Sequence record: OL964749.1
From: Escherichia phage T7
Length of the DNA: 37,063 nucleotides
Direction: 5' to 3' (one strand)
The notes under the pieces are model-generated. The model ran no database searches, was not told the origin of the DNA, and was given only the letters and a program-made list of their open reading frames with translations. Both the position numbers and the translations under genes were made by a program. Positions 17,476 to 27,829 of this stretch are shown one piece after another. Each line of letters opens with the position of its first letter. Within the stretch, counting starts at the first letter, position 1.

Positions 17476-19085
17476 TGGCTGAGAAACGAACAGGACTTGC
17501 GGAGGATGGCGCAAAGTCTGTCTATGAGCGTTTAAAGAACGACCGTGCTCCCTATGAGACACGCGCTCAGAATTGCGCTCAATATACCATCCCATCATTG
17601 TTCCCTAAGGACTCCGATAACGCCTCTACAGATTATCAAACTCCGTGGCAAGCCGTGGGCGCTCGTGGTCTGAACAATCTAGCCTCTAAGCTCATGCTGG
17701 CTCTATTCCCTATGCAGACTTGGATGCGACTTACTATATCTGAATATGAAGCAAAGCAGTTACTGAGCGACCCCGATGGACTCGCTAAGGTCGATGAGGG
17801 CCTCTCGATGGTAGAGCGTATCATCATGAACTACATTGAGTCTAACAGTTACCGCGTGACTCTCTTTGAGGCTCTCAAACAGTTAGTCGTAGCTGGTAAC
17901 GTCCTGCTGTACCTACCGGAACCGGAAGGGTCAAACTATAATCCCATGAAGCTGTACCGATTGTCTTCTTATGTGGTCCAACGAGACGCATTCGGCAACG
18001 TTCTGCAAATGGTGACTCGTGACCAGATAGCTTTTGGTGCTCTCCCTGAGGACATCCGTAAGGCTGTAGAAGGTCAAGGTGGTGAGAAGAAAGCTGATGA
18101 GACAATCGACGTGTACACTCACATCTATCTGGATGAGGACTCAGGTGAATACCTCCGATACGAAGAGGTCGAGGGTATGGAAGTCCAAGGCTCCGATGGG
18201 ACTTATCCTAAAGAGGCTTGCCCATACATCCCGATTCGGATGGTCAGACTAGATGGTGAATCCTACGGTCGTTCGTACATTGAGGAATACTTAGGTGACT
18301 TACGGTCCCTTGAAAATCTCCAAGAGGCTATCGTCAAGATGTCCATGATTAGCTCTAAGGTTATCGGCTTAGTGAATCCTGCTGGTATCACCCAGCCACG
18401 CCGACTGACCAAAGCTCAGACTGGTGACTTCGTTACTGGTCGTCCAGAAGACATCTCGTTCCTCCAACTGGAGAAGCAAGCAGACTTTACTGTAGCTAAA
18501 GCCGTAAGTGACGCTATCGAGGCTCGCCTTTCGTTTGCCTTTATGTTGAACTCTGCGGTTCAGCGTACAGGTGAACGTGTGACCGCCGAAGAGATTCGGT
18601 ATGTAGCTTCTGAACTTGAAGATACTTTAGGTGGTGTCTACTCTATCCTTTCTCAAGAATTACAATTGCCTCTGGTACGAGTGCTCTTGAAGCAACTACA
18701 AGCCACGCAACAGATTCCTGAGTTACCTAAGGAAGCCGTAGAGCCAACCATTAGTACAGGTCTGGAAGCAATTGGTCGAGGACAAGACCTTGATAAGCTG
18801 GAGCGGTGTGTCACTGCGTGGGCTGCACTGGCACCTATGCGGGACGACCCTGATATTAACCTTGCGATGATTAAGTTACGTATTGCCAACGCTATCGGTA
18901 TTGACACTTCTGGTATTCTACTCACCGAAGAACAGAAGCAACAGAAGATGGCCCAACAGTCTATGCAAATGGGTATGGATAATGGTGCTGCTGCGCTGGC
19001 TCAAGGTATGGCTGCACAAGCTACAGCTTCACCTGAGGCTATGGCTGCTGCCGCTGATTCCGTAGGTTTACAGCCGGGAATTTAA
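17475..19085 (+). CDS. Head-to-tail connector (portal) protein gp8
   Basis: 536-aa ORF MAEKRTGLAEDGAKSVYERLKNDRAPYETRAQNCAQYTIP...; the track start at 17460 is an upstream in-frame extension. Confidence 0.95.
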   Translation: MAEKRTGLAEDGAKSVYERLKNDRAPYETRAQNCAQYTIPSLFPKDSDNASTDYQTPWQAVGARGLNNLASKLMLALFPMQTWMRLTISEYEAKQLLSDPDGLAKVDEGLSMVERIIMNYIESNSYRVTLFEALKQLVVAGNVLLYLPEPEGSNYNPMKLYRLSSYVVQRDAFGNVLQMVTRDQIAFGALPEDIRKAVEGQGGEKKADETIDVYTHIYLDEDSGEYLRYEEVEGMEVQGSDGTYPKEACPYIPIRMVRLDGESYGRSYIEEYLGDLRSLENLQEAIVKMSMISSKVIGLVNPAGITQPRRLTKAQTGDFVTGRPEDISFLQLEKQADFTVAKAVSDAIEARLSFAFMLNSAVQRTGERVTAEEIRYVASELEDTLGGVYSILSQELQLPLVRVLLKQLQATQQIPELPKEAVEPTISTGLEAIGRGQDLDKLERCVTAWAALAPMRDDPDINLAMIKLRIANAIGIDTSGILLTEEQKQQKMAQQSMQMGMDNGAAALAQGMAAQATASPEAMAAAADSVGLQPGI

Positions 19086-19105
19086 TACGACTCACTATAG
19101 GGAGA
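19083..19105 (+). promoter_or_regulatory. T7 class III promoter phi9
   Basis: TAATACGACTCACTATAGGGAGA; +1 near 19100. Confidence 0.95.
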
Positions 19106-19184
19106 CCTCATCTTTGAAATGAGCGATGACAAGAGGTTGGAGTCCTCGGTCTTCCTGTAGTTCAACTTTAAGGAGACAATAATA

Positions 19185-20108
19185 ATGGCTGAATCTAATG
19201 CAGACGTATATGCATCTTTTGGCGTGAACTCCGCTGTGATGTCTGGTGGTTCCGTTGAGGAACATGAGCAGAACATGCTGGCTCTTGATGTTGCTGCCCG
19301 TGATGGCGATGATGCAATCGAGTTAGCGTCAGACGAAGTGGAAACAGAACGTGACCTGTATGACAACTCTGACCCGTTCGGTCAAGAGGATGACGAAGGC
19401 CGCATTCAGGTTCGTATCGGTGATGGCTCTGAGCCGACCGATGTGGACACTGGAGAAGAAGGCGTTGAGGGCACCGAAGGTTCCGAAGAGTTTACCCCAC
19501 TGGGCGAGACTCCAGAAGAACTGGTAGCTGCCTCTGAGCAACTTGGTGAGCACGAAGAGGGCTTCCAAGAGATGATTAACATTGCTGCTGAGCGTGGCAT
19601 GAGTGTCGAGACCATTGAGGCTATCCAGCGTGAGTACGAGGAGAACGAAGAGTTGTCCGCCGAGTCCTACGCTAAGCTGGCTGAAATTGGCTACACGAAG
19701 GCTTTCATTGACTCGTATATCCGTGGTCAAGAAGCTCTGGTGGAGCAGTACGTAAACAGTGTCATTGAGTACGCTGGTGGTCGTGAACGTTTTGATGCAC
19801 TGTATAACCACCTTGAGACGCACAACCCTGAGGCTGCACAGTCGCTGGATAATGCGTTGACCAATCGTGACTTAGCGACCGTTAAGGCTATCATCAACTT
19901 GGCTGGTGAGTCTCGCGCTAAGGCGTTCGGTCGTAAGCCAACTCGTAGTGTGACTAATCGTGCTATTCCGGCTAAACCTCAGGCTACCAAGCGTGAAGGC
20001 TTTGCGGACCGTAGCGAGATGATTAAAGCTATGAGTGACCCTCGGTATCGCACAGATGCCAACTATCGTCGTCAAGTCGAACAGAAAGTAATCGATTCGA
20101 ACTTCTGA
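19185..20108 (+). CDS. Capsid assembly (scaffolding) protein gp9
   Basis: 307-aa acidic ORF MAESNADVYASFGVNSAVMSGGSVEEHEQNMLALD...; matches T7 gp9. Confidence 0.95.
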   Translation: MAESNADVYASFGVNSAVMSGGSVEEHEQNMLALDVAARDGDDAIELASDEVETERDLYDNSDPFGQEDDEGRIQVRIGDGSEPTDVDTGEEGVEGTEGSEEFTPLGETPEELVAASEQLGEHEEGFQEMINIAAERGMSVETIEAIQREYEENEELSAESYAKLAEIGYTKAFIDSYIRGQEALVEQYVNSVIEYAGGRERFDALYNHLETHNPEAAQSLDNALTNRDLATVKAIINLAGESRAKAFGRKPTRSVTNRAIPAKPQATKREGFADRSEMIKAMSDPRYRTDANYRRQVEQKVIDSNF

Positions 20109-20121
20109 TAGACTTCGAAAT

Positions 20122-20144
20122 TAATACGACTCACTATAGTGAGA
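20122..20144 (+). promoter_or_regulatory. T7 class III promoter phi10 carrying a G-to-T change at +2 (TATAGTGAGA instead of TATAGGGAGA)
   Basis: TAATACGACTCACTATAGTGAGACCACAACGGTTTCCCTCTAGAAATAATTTTGTTTAACTTTAAGAAGGAGATATACATATG; otherwise identical to the phi10 promoter and leader used in pET vectors. Confidence 0.9.
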
Positions 20145-20201
20145 CCACAACGGTTTCCCTCTAGAAATAATTTTGTTTAACTTTAAGAAGGAGATATACA
20201 T

Positions 20202-21239
20202 ATGGCTAGCATGACTGGTGGACAGCAAATGGGTACTAACCAAGGTAAAGGTGTAGTTGCTGCTGGAGATAAACTGGCGTTGTTCTTGAAGGTATTTGGC
20301 GGTGAAGTCCTGACTGCGTTCGCTCGTACCTCCGTGACCACTTCTCGCCACATGGTACGTTCCATCTCCAGCGGTAAATCCGCTCAGTTCCCTGTTCTGG
20401 GTCGCACTCAGGCAGCGTATCTGGCTCCGGGCGAGAACCTCGACGATAAACGTAAGGACATCAAACACACCGAGAAGGTAATCACCATTGACGGTCTCCT
20501 GACGGCTGACGTTCTGATTTATGATATTGAGGACGCGATGAACCACTACGACGTTCGCTCTGAGTATACCTCTCAGTTGGGTGAATCTCTGGCGATGGCT
20601 GCGGATGGTGCGGTTCTGGCTGAGATTGCCGGTCTGTGTAACGTGGAAAGCAAATATAATGAGAACATCGAGGGCTTAGGTACTGCTACCGTAATTGAGA
20701 CCACTCAGAACAAGGCCGCACTTACCGACCAAGTTGCGCTGGGTAAGGAGATTATTGCGGCTCTGACTAAGGCTCGTGCGGCTCTGACCAAGAACTATGT
20801 TCCGGCTGCTGACCGTGTGTTCTACTGTGACCCAGATAGCTACTCTGCGATTCTGGCAGCACTGATGCCGAACGCAGCAAACTACGCTGCTCTGATTGAC
20901 CCTGAGAAGGGTTCTATCCGCAACGTTATGGGCTTTGAGGTTGTAGAAGTTCCGCACCTCACCGCTGGTGGTGCTGGTACCGCTCGTGAGGGCACTACTG
21001 GTCAGAAGCACGTCTTCCCTGCCAATAAAGGTGAGGGTAATGTCAAGGTTGCTAAGGACAACGTTATCGGCCTGTTCATGCACCGCTCTGCGGTAGGTAC
21101 TGTTAAGCTGCGTGACTTGGCTCTGGAGCGCGCTCGCCGTGCTAACTTCCAAGCGGACCAGATTATCGCTAAGTACGCAATGGGCCACGGTGGTCTTCGC
21201 CCAGAAGCTGCTGGTGCAGTGGTTTTCAAAGTGGAGTAA
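20202..21239 (+). CDS. Major capsid protein gp10A
   Basis: 345-aa ORF MASMTGGQQMGTNQGKGVVAAGDKLALFLKVFGGEVLTAFARTSV...; identical to T7 gp10A including the T7-tag N-terminus. Confidence 0.98.
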   Translation: MASMTGGQQMGTNQGKGVVAAGDKLALFLKVFGGEVLTAFARTSVTTSRHMVRSISSGKSAQFPVLGRTQAAYLAPGENLDDKRKDIKHTEKVITIDGLLTADVLIYDIEDAMNHYDVRSEYTSQLGESLAMAADGAVLAEIAGLCNVESKYNENIEGLGTATVIETTQNKAALTDQVALGKEIIAALTKARAALTKNYVPAADRVFYCDPDSYSAILAALMPNAANYAALIDPEKGSIRNVMGFEVVEVPHLTAGGAGTAREGTTGQKHVFPANKGEGNVKVAKDNVIGLFMHRSAVGTVKLRDLALERARRANFQADQIIAKYAMGHGGLRPEAAGAVVFKVE

Positions 21240-21396
21240 TGCTGGGGGTGGCCTCAACGGTCGCTGCTAGTCCCGAAGAGGCGAGTGTTACTTCAACAGA
21301 AGAAACCTTAACGCCAGCACAGGAGGCCGCACGCACCCGCGCTGCTAACAAAGCCCGAAAGGAAGCTGAGTTGGCTGCTGCCACCGCTGAGCAATA
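20202..21396 (+). CDS. Minor capsid protein gp10B produced by programmed -1 ribosomal frameshift near the end of 10A
   Basis: The -1 frame stays open from the GGTTTTC slippery region near 21225 to a TAA at 21394-21396, just before Tphi, as in T7. Confidence 0.7.
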
Positions 21397-21403
21397 ACTA
21401 GCA

Positions 21404-21444
21404 TAACCCCTTGGGGCCTCTAAACGGGTCTTGAGGGGTTTTTT
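21404..21444 (+). terminator. Tphi, the T7 RNA polymerase terminator
   Basis: AACCCCTTGGGGCCTCTAAACGGGTCTTGAGGGGTTTTTTG, a GC-rich hairpin followed by a U-run; identical to the Tphi used in expression vectors. Confidence 0.97.
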
Positions 21445-21462
21445 GCTGAAAGGAGGAACTAT

Positions 21463-22053
21463 ATGCGCTCATACGATATGAACGTTGAGACTGCCGCTGA
21501 GTTATCAGCTGTGAACGACATTCTGGCGTCTATCGGTGAACCTCCGGTATCAACGCTGGAAGGTGACGCTAACGCAGATGCAGCGAACGCTCGGCGTATT
21601 CTCAACAAGATTAACCGACAGATTCAATCTCGTGGATGGACGTTCAACATTGAGGAAGGCATAACGCTACTACCTGATGTTTACTCCAACCTGATTGTAT
21701 ACAGTGACGACTATTTATCCCTAATGTCTACTTCCGGTCAATCCATCTACGTTAACCGAGGTGGCTATGTGTATGACCGAACGAGTCAATCAGACCGCTT
21801 TGACTCTGGTATTACTGTGAACATTATTCGTCTCCGCGACTACGATGAGCTGCCTGAGTGCTTCCGTTACTGGATTGTCACCAAGGCTTCCCGTCAGTTC
21901 AACAACCGATTCTTTGGGGAACCGGAAGTAGAGGGTGTACTCCAAGAAGAGGAAGATGAGGCTAGACGTCTCTGCATGGAGTATGAGATGGACTACGGTG
22001 GGTACAATATGCTGGATGGAGATGCGTTCACTTCTGGTCTACTGACTCGCTAA
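21463..22053 (+). CDS. Tail tubular protein gp11
   Basis: 196-aa [38 protein letters not shown]... Confidence 0.95.
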   Translation: MRSYDMNVETAAELSAVNDILASIGEPPVSTLEGDANADAANARRILNKINRQIQSRGWTFNIEEGITLLPDVYSNLIVYSDDYLSLMSTSGQSIYVNRGGYVYDRTSQSDRFDSGITVNIIRLRDYDELPECFRYWIVTKASRQFNNRFFGEPEVEGVLQEEEDEARRLCMEYEMDYGGYNMLDGDAFTSGLLTR

Positions 22054-22076
22054 CATTAATAAATAAGGAGGCTCTA

Positions 22077-24461
22077 ATGGCACTCATTAGCCAATCAATC
22101 AAGAACTTGAAGGGTGGTATCAGCCAACAGCCTGACATCCTTCGTTATCCAGACCAAGGGTCACGCCAAGTTAACGGTTGGTCTTCGGAGACCGAGGGCC
22201 TCCAAAAGCGTCCACCTCTTGTTTTCTTAAATACACTTGGAGACAACGGTGCGTTAGGTCAAGCTCCGTACATCCACCTGATTAACCGAGATGAGCACGA
22301 ACAGTATTACGCTGTGTTCACTGGTAGCGGAATCCGAGTGTTCGACCTTTCTGGTAACGAGAAGCAAGTTAGGTATCCTAACGGTTCCAACTACATCAAG
22401 ACCGCTAATCCACGTAACGACCTGCGAATGGTTACTGTAGCAGACTATACGTTCATCGTTAACCGTAACGTTGTTGCACAGAAGAACACAAAGTCTGTCA
22501 ACTTACCGAATTACAACCCTAATCAAGACGGATTGATTAACGTTCGTGGTGGTCAGTATGGTAGGGAACTAATTGTACACATTAACGGTAAAGACGTTGC
22601 GAAGTATAAGATACCAGATGGTAGTCAACCTGAACACGTAAACAATACGGATGCCCAATGGTTAGCTGAAGAGTTAGCCAAGCAGATGCGCACTAACTTG
22701 TCTGATTGGACTGTAAATGTAGGGCAAGGGTTCATCCATGTGACCGCACCTAGTGGTCAACAGATTGACTCCTTCACGACTAAAGATGGCTACGCAGACC
22801 AGTTGATTAACCCTGTGACCCACTACGCTCAGTCGTTCTCTAAGCTGCCACCTAATGCTCCTAACGGCTACATGGTGAAAATCGTAGGGGACGCCTCTAA
22901 GTCTGCCGACCAGTATTACGTTCGGTATGACGCTGAGCGGAAAGTTTGGACTGAGACTTTAGGTTGGAACACTGAGGACCAAGTTCTATGGGAAACCTTG
23001 CCACACGCTCTTGTGCGAGCCGCTGACGGTAATTTCGACTTCAAGTGGCTTGAGTGGTCTCCTAAGTCTTGTGGTGACGTTGACACCAACCCTTGGCCTT
23101 CTTTTGTTGGTTCAAGTATTAACGATGTGTTCTTCTTCCGTAACCGCTTAGGATTCCTTAGTGGGGAGAACATCATATTGAGTCGTACAGCCAAATACTT
23201 CAACTTCTACCCTGCGTCCATTGCGAACCTTAGTGATGACGACCCTATAGACGTAGCTGTGAGTACCAACCGAATAGCAATCCTTAAGTACGCCGTTCCG
23301 TTCTCAGAAGAGTTACTCATCTGGTCCGATGAAGCACAATTCGTCCTGACTGCCTCGGGTACTCTCACATCTAAGTCGGTTGAGTTGAACCTAACGACCC
23401 AGTTTGACGTACAGGACCGAGCGAGACCTTTTGGGATTGGGCGTAATGTCTACTTTGCTAGTCCGAGGTCCAGCTTCACGTCCATCCACAGGTACTACGC
23501 TGTGCAGGATGTCAGTTCCGTTAAGAATGCTGAGGACATTACATCACACGTTCCTAACTACATCCCTAATGGTGTGTTCAGTATTTGCGGAAGTGGTACG
23601 GAAAACTTCTGTTCGGTACTATCTCACGGGGACCCTAGTAAAATCTTCATGTACAAATTCCTGTACCTGAACGAAGAGTTAAGGCAACAGTCGTGGTCTC
23701 ATTGGGACTTTGGGGAAAACGTACAGGTTCTAGCTTGTCAGAGTATCAGCTCAGATATGTATGTGATTCTTCGCAATGAGTTCAATACGTTCCTAGCTAG
23801 AATCTCTTTCACTAAGAACGCCATTGACTTACAGGGAGAACCCTATCGTGCCTTTATGGACATGAAGATTCGATACACGATTCCTAGTGGAACATACAAC
23901 GATGACACATTCACTACCTCTATTCATATTCCAACAATTTATGGTGCAAACTTCGGGAGGGGCAAAATCACTGTATTGGAGCCTGATGGTAAGATAACCG
24001 TGTTTGAGCAACCTACGGCTGGGTGGAATAGCGACCCTTGGCTGAGACTCAGCGGTAACTTGGAGGGACGCATGGTGTACATTGGGTTCAACATTAACTT
24101 CGTATATGAGTTCTCTAAGTTCCTCATCAAGCAGACTGCCGACGACGGGTCTACCTCCACGGAAGACATTGGGCGCTTACAGTTACGCCGAGCGTGGGTT
24201 AACTACGAGAACTCTGGTACGTTTGACATTTATGTTGAGAACCAATCGTCTAACTGGAAGTACACAATGGCTGGTGCCCGATTAGGCTCTAACACTCTGA
24301 GGGCTGGGAGACTGAACTTAGGGACCGGACAATATCGATTCCCTGTGGTTGGTAACGCCAAGTTCAACACTGTATACATCTTGTCAGATGAGACTACCCC
24401 TCTGAACATCATTGGGTGTGGCTGGGAAGGTAACTACTTACGGAGAAGTTCCGGTATTTAA
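22077..24461 (+). CDS. Tail tubular protein gp12
   Basis: 794-aa ORF MALISQSIKNLKGGISQQPDILRYPDQGSRQVNGW... Confidence 0.95.
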   Translation: MALISQSIKNLKGGISQQPDILRYPDQGSRQVNGWSSETEGLQKRPPLVFLNTLGDNGALGQAPYIHLINRDEHEQYYAVFTGSGIRVFDLSGNEKQVRYPNGSNYIKTANPRNDLRMVTVADYTFIVNRNVVAQKNTKSVNLPNYNPNQDGLINVRGGQYGRELIVHINGKDVAKYKIPDGSQPEHVNNTDAQWLAEELAKQMRTNLSDWTVNVGQGFIHVTAPSGQQIDSFTTKDGYADQLINPVTHYAQSFSKLPPNAPNGYMVKIVGDASKSADQYYVRYDAERKVWTETLGWNTEDQVLWETLPHALVRAADGNFDFKWLEWSPKSCGDVDTNPWPSFVGSSINDVFFFRNRLGFLSGENIILSRTAKYFNFYPASIANLSDDDPIDVAVSTNRIAILKYAVPFSEELLIWSDEAQFVLTASGTLTSKSVELNLTTQFDVQDRARPFGIGRNVYFASPRSSFTSIHRYYAVQDVSSVKNAEDITSHVPNYIPNGVFSICGSGTENFCSVLSHGDPSKIFMYKFLYLNEELRQQSWSHWDFGENVQVLACQSISSDMYVILRNEFNTFLARISFTKNAIDLQGEPYRAFMDMKIRYTIPSGTYNDDTFTTSIHIPTIYGANFGRGKITVLEPDGKITVFEQPTAGWNSDPWLRLSGNLEGRMVYIGFNINFVYEFSKFLIKQTADDGSTSTEDIGRLQLRRAWVNYENSGTFDIYVENQSSNWKYTMAGARLGSNTLRAGRLNLGTGQYRFPVVGNAKFNTVYILSDETTPLNIIGCGWEGNYLRRSSGI

Positions 24462-24491
24462 TTAAATATTCTCCCTGTGGTGGCTCGAAAT

Positions 24492-24514
24492 TAATACGAC
24501 TCACTATAGGGAGC
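24492..24514 (+). promoter_or_regulatory. T7 class III promoter phi13
   Basis: TAATACGACTCACTATAGGGAGC; +1 near 24509 (C at +6 where I recall A in reference). Confidence 0.9.
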
Positions 24515-24541
24515 ACAATACGACTACGGGAGGGTTTTCTT

Positions 24542-24958
24542 ATGATGACTATAAGACCTACTAAAAGTACAGACTTTGAGGTATTCACTCCGGCTCACCA
24601 TGACATTCTTGAAGCTAAGGCTGCTGGTATTGAGCCGAGTTTCCCTGATGCTTCCGAGTGTGTCACGTTGAGCCTCTATGGGTTCCCTCTAGCTATCGGT
24701 GGTAACTGCGGGGACCAGTGCTGGTTCGTTACGAGCGACCAAGTGTGGCGACTTAGTGGAAAGGCTAAGCGAAAGTTCCGTAAGTTAATCATGGAGTATC
24801 GCGATAAGATGCTTGAGAAGTATGATACTCTTTGGAATTACGTATGGGTAGGCAATACGTCCCACATTCGTTTCCTCAAGACTATCGGTGCGGTATTCCA
24901 TGAAGAGTACACACGAGATGGTCAATTTCAGTTATTTACAATCACGAAAGGAGGATAA
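24542..24958 (+). CDS. Gene 13 protein (virion assembly/internal protein)
   Basis: 138-aa ORF MMTIRPTKSTDFEVFTPAHHDILEAKAAGIEPSFPD... Confidence 0.9.
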   Translation: MMTIRPTKSTDFEVFTPAHHDILEAKAAGIEPSFPDASECVTLSLYGFPLAIGGNCGDQCWFVTSDQVWRLSGKAKRKFRKLIMEYRDKMLEKYDTLWNYVWVGNTSHIRFLKTIGAVFHEEYTRDGQFQLFTITKGG

Positions 24959-24962
24959 CCAT

Positions 24963-25553
24963 ATGTGTTGGGCAGCCGCAATACCTATCGCTATATCTGG
25001 CGCTCAGGCTATCAGTGGTCAGAACGCTCAGGCCAAAATGATTGCCGCTCAGACCGCTGCTGGTCGTCGTCAAGCTATGGAAATCATGAGGCAGACGAAC
25101 ATCCAGAATGCTGACCTATCGTTGCAAGCTCGAAGTAAACTTGAGGAAGCGTCCGCCGAGTTGACCTCACAGAACATGCAGAAGGTCCAAGCTATTGGGT
25201 CTATCCGAGCGGCTATCGGAGAGAGTATGCTTGAAGGTTCCTCAATGGACCGCATTAAGCGAGTCACAGAAGGACAGTTCATTCGGGAAGCCAATATGGT
25301 AACTGAGAACTATCGCCGTGACTACCAAGCAATCTTCGCACAGCAACTTGGTGGTACTCAAAGTGCTGCAAGTCAGATTGACGAAATCTATAAGAGCGAA
25401 CAGAAACAGAAGAGTAAGCTACAGATGGTTCTGGACCCACTGGCTATCATGGGGTCTTCCGCTGCGAGTGCTTACGCATCCGGTGCGTTCGACTCTAAGT
25501 CCACAACTAAGGCACCTATTGTTGCCGCTAAAGGAACCAAGACGGGGAGGTAA
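24963..25553 (+). CDS. Internal core protein gp14
   Basis: 196-aa ORF MCWAAAIPIAISGAQAISGQNAQAKMIAAQTAAGRRQAMEIMRQ...; the track start at 24888 is an upstream extension overlapping gene 13. Confidence 0.9.
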   Translation: MCWAAAIPIAISGAQAISGQNAQAKMIAAQTAAGRRQAMEIMRQTNIQNADLSLQARSKLEEASAELTSQNMQKVQAIGSIRAAIGESMLEGSSMDRIKRVTEGQFIREANMVTENYRRDYQAIFAQQLGGTQSAASQIDEIYKSEQKQKSKLQMVLDPLAIMGSSAASAYASGAFDSKSTTKAPIVAAKGTKTGR

Positions 25554-25559
25554 TGAGCT

Positions 25560-27803
25560 ATGAGTAAAATTGAATCTGCCCTTCAAGCGGCACAACCGGG
25601 ACTCTCTCGGTTACGTGGTGGTGCTGGAGGTATGGGCTATCGTGCAGCAACCACTCAGGCCGAACAGCCAAGGTCAAGCCTATTGGACACCATTGGTCGG
25701 TTCGCTAAGGCTGGTGCCGATATGTATACCGCTAAGGAACAACGAGCACGAGACCTAGCTGATGAACGCTCTAACGAGATTATCCGTAAGCTGACCCCTG
25801 AGCAACGTCGAGAAGCTCTCAACAACGGGACCCTTCTGTATCAGGATGACCCATACGCTATGGAAGCACTCCGAGTCAAGACTGGTCGTAACGCTGCGTA
25901 TCTTGTGGACGATGACGTTATGCAGAAGATAAAAGAGGGTGTCTTCCGTACTCGCGAAGAGATGGAAGAGTATCGCCATAGTCGCCTTCAAGAGGGCGCT
26001 AAGGTATACGCTGAGCAGTTCGGCATCGACCCTGAGGACGTTGATTATCAGCGTGGTTTCAACGGGGACATTACCGAGCGTAACATCTCGCTGTATGGTG
26101 CGCATGATAACTTCTTGAGCCAGCAAGCTCAGAAGGGCGCTATCATGAACAGCCGAGTGGAACTCAACGGTGTCCTTCAAGACCCTGATATGCTGCGTCG
26201 TCCAGACTCTGCTGACTTCTTTGAGAAGTATATCGACAACGGTCTGGTTACTGGCGCAATCCCATCTGATGCTCAAGCCACACAGCTTATAAGCCAAGCG
26301 TTCAGTGACGCTTCTAGCCGTGCTGGTGGTGCTGACTTCCTGATGCGAGTCGGTGACAAGAAGGTAACACTTAACGGAGCCACTACGACTTACCGAGAGT
26401 TGATTGGTGAGGAACAGTGGAACGCTCTCATGGTCACAGCACAACGTTCTCAGTTTGAGACTGACGCGAAGCTGAACGAGCAGTATCGCTTGAAGATTAA
26501 CTCTGCGCTGAACCAAGAGGACCCAAGGACAGCTTGGGAGATGCTTCAAGGTATCAAGGCTGAACTAGATAAGGTCCAACCTGATGAGCAGATGACACCA
26601 CAACGTGAGTGGCTAATCTCCGCACAGGAACAAGTTCAGAATCAGATGAACGCATGGACGAAAGCTCAGGCCAAGGCTCTGGACGATTCCATGAAGTCAA
26701 TGAACAAACTTGACGTAATCGACAAGCAATTCCAGAAGCGAATCAACGGTGAGTGGGTCTCAACGGATTTTAAGGATATGCCAGTCAACGAGAACACTGG
26801 TGAGTTCAAGCATAGCGATATGGTTAACTACGCCAATAAGAAGCTCGCTGAGATTGACAGTATGGACATTCCAGACGGTGCCAAGGATGCTATGAAGTTG
26901 AAGTACCTTCAAGCGGACTCTAAGGACGGAGCATTCCGTACAGCCATCGGAACCATGGTCACTGACGCTGGTCAAGAGTGGTCTGCCGCTGTGATTAACG
27001 GTAAGTTACCAGAACGAACCCCAGCTATGGATGCTCTGCGCAGAATCCGCAATGCTGACCCTCAGTTGATTGCTGCGCTATACCCAGACCAAGCTGAGCT
27101 ATTCCTGACGATGGACATGATGGACAAGCAGGGTATTGACCCTCAGGTTATTCTTGATGCCGACCGACTGACTGTTAAGCGGTCCAAAGAGCAACGCTTT
27201 GAGGATGATAAAGCATTCGAGTCTGCACTGAATGCATCTAAGGCTCCTGAGATTGCCCGTATGCCAGCGTCACTGCGCGAATCTGCACGTAAGATTTATG
27301 ACTCCGTTAAGTATCGCTCGGGGAACGAAAGCATGGCTATGGAGCAGATGACCAAGTTCCTTAAGGAATCTACCTACACGTTCACTGGTGATGATGTTGA
27401 CGGTGATACCGTTGGTGTGATTCCTAAGAATATGATGCAGGTTAACTCTGACCCGAAATCATGGGAGCAAGGTCGGGATATTCTGGAGGAAGCACGTAAG
27501 GGAATCATTGCGAGCAACCCTTGGATAACCAATAAGCAACTGACCATGTATTCTCAAGGTGACTCCATTTACCTTATGGACACCACAGGTCAAGTCAGAG
27601 TCCGATACGACAAAGAGTTACTCTCGAAGGTCTGGAGTGAGAACCAGAAGAAACTCGAAGAGAAAGCTCGTGAGAAGGCTCTGGCTGATGTGAACAAGCG
27701 AGCACCTATAGTTGCCGCTACGAAGGCCCGTGAAGCTGCTGCTAAACGAGTCCGAGAGAAACGTAAACAGACTCCTAAGTTCATCTACGGACGTAAGGAG
27801 TAA
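25560..27803 (+). CDS. Internal core protein gp15
   Basis: 747-aa ORF MSKIESALQAAQPGLSRLRGGAGGMGYRAATTQAEQPRSS... Confidence 0.95.
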   Translation: MSKIESALQAAQPGLSRLRGGAGGMGYRAATTQAEQPRSSLLDTIGRFAKAGADMYTAKEQRARDLADERSNEIIRKLTPEQRREALNNGTLLYQDDPYAMEALRVKTGRNAAYLVDDDVMQKIKEGVFRTREEMEEYRHSRLQEGAKVYAEQFGIDPEDVDYQRGFNGDITERNISLYGAHDNFLSQQAQKGAIMNSRVELNGVLQDPDMLRRPDSADFFEKYIDNGLVTGAIPSDAQATQLISQAFSDASSRAGGADFLMRVGDKKVTLNGATTTYRELIGEEQWNALMVTAQRSQFETDAKLNEQYRLKINSALNQEDPRTAWEMLQGIKAELDKVQPDEQMTPQREWLISAQEQVQNQMNAWTKAQAKALDDSMKSMNKLDVIDKQFQKRINGEWVSTDFKDMPVNENTGEFKHSDMVNYANKKLAEIDSMDIPDGAKDAMKLKYLQADSKDGAFRTAIGTMVTDAGQEWSAAVINGKLPERTPAMDALRRIRNADPQLIAALYPDQAELFLTMDMMDKQGIDPQVILDADRLTVKRSKEQRFEDDKAFESALNASKAPEIARMPASLRESARKIYDSVKYRSGNESMAMEQMTKFLKESTYTFTGDDVDGDTVGVIPKNMMQVNSDPKSWEQGRDILEEARKGIIASNPWITNKQLTMYSQGDSIYLMDTTGQVRVRYDKELLSKVWSENQKKLEEKAREKALADVNKRAPIVAATKAREAAAKRVREKRKQTPKFIYGRKE

Positions 27804-27829
27804 CTAAAGGCTACATAAGGAGGCCCTAA

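Noticed and set aside
20121-20230. Cloning-vector (pET) contamination suggested by the phi10 promoter, gene 10 leader and T7-tag sequence
   Set aside because: These vector elements were derived from T7 gene 10; here they lie in native genomic context between gene 9 and the full-length gene 10, so this is phage sequence, not vector.
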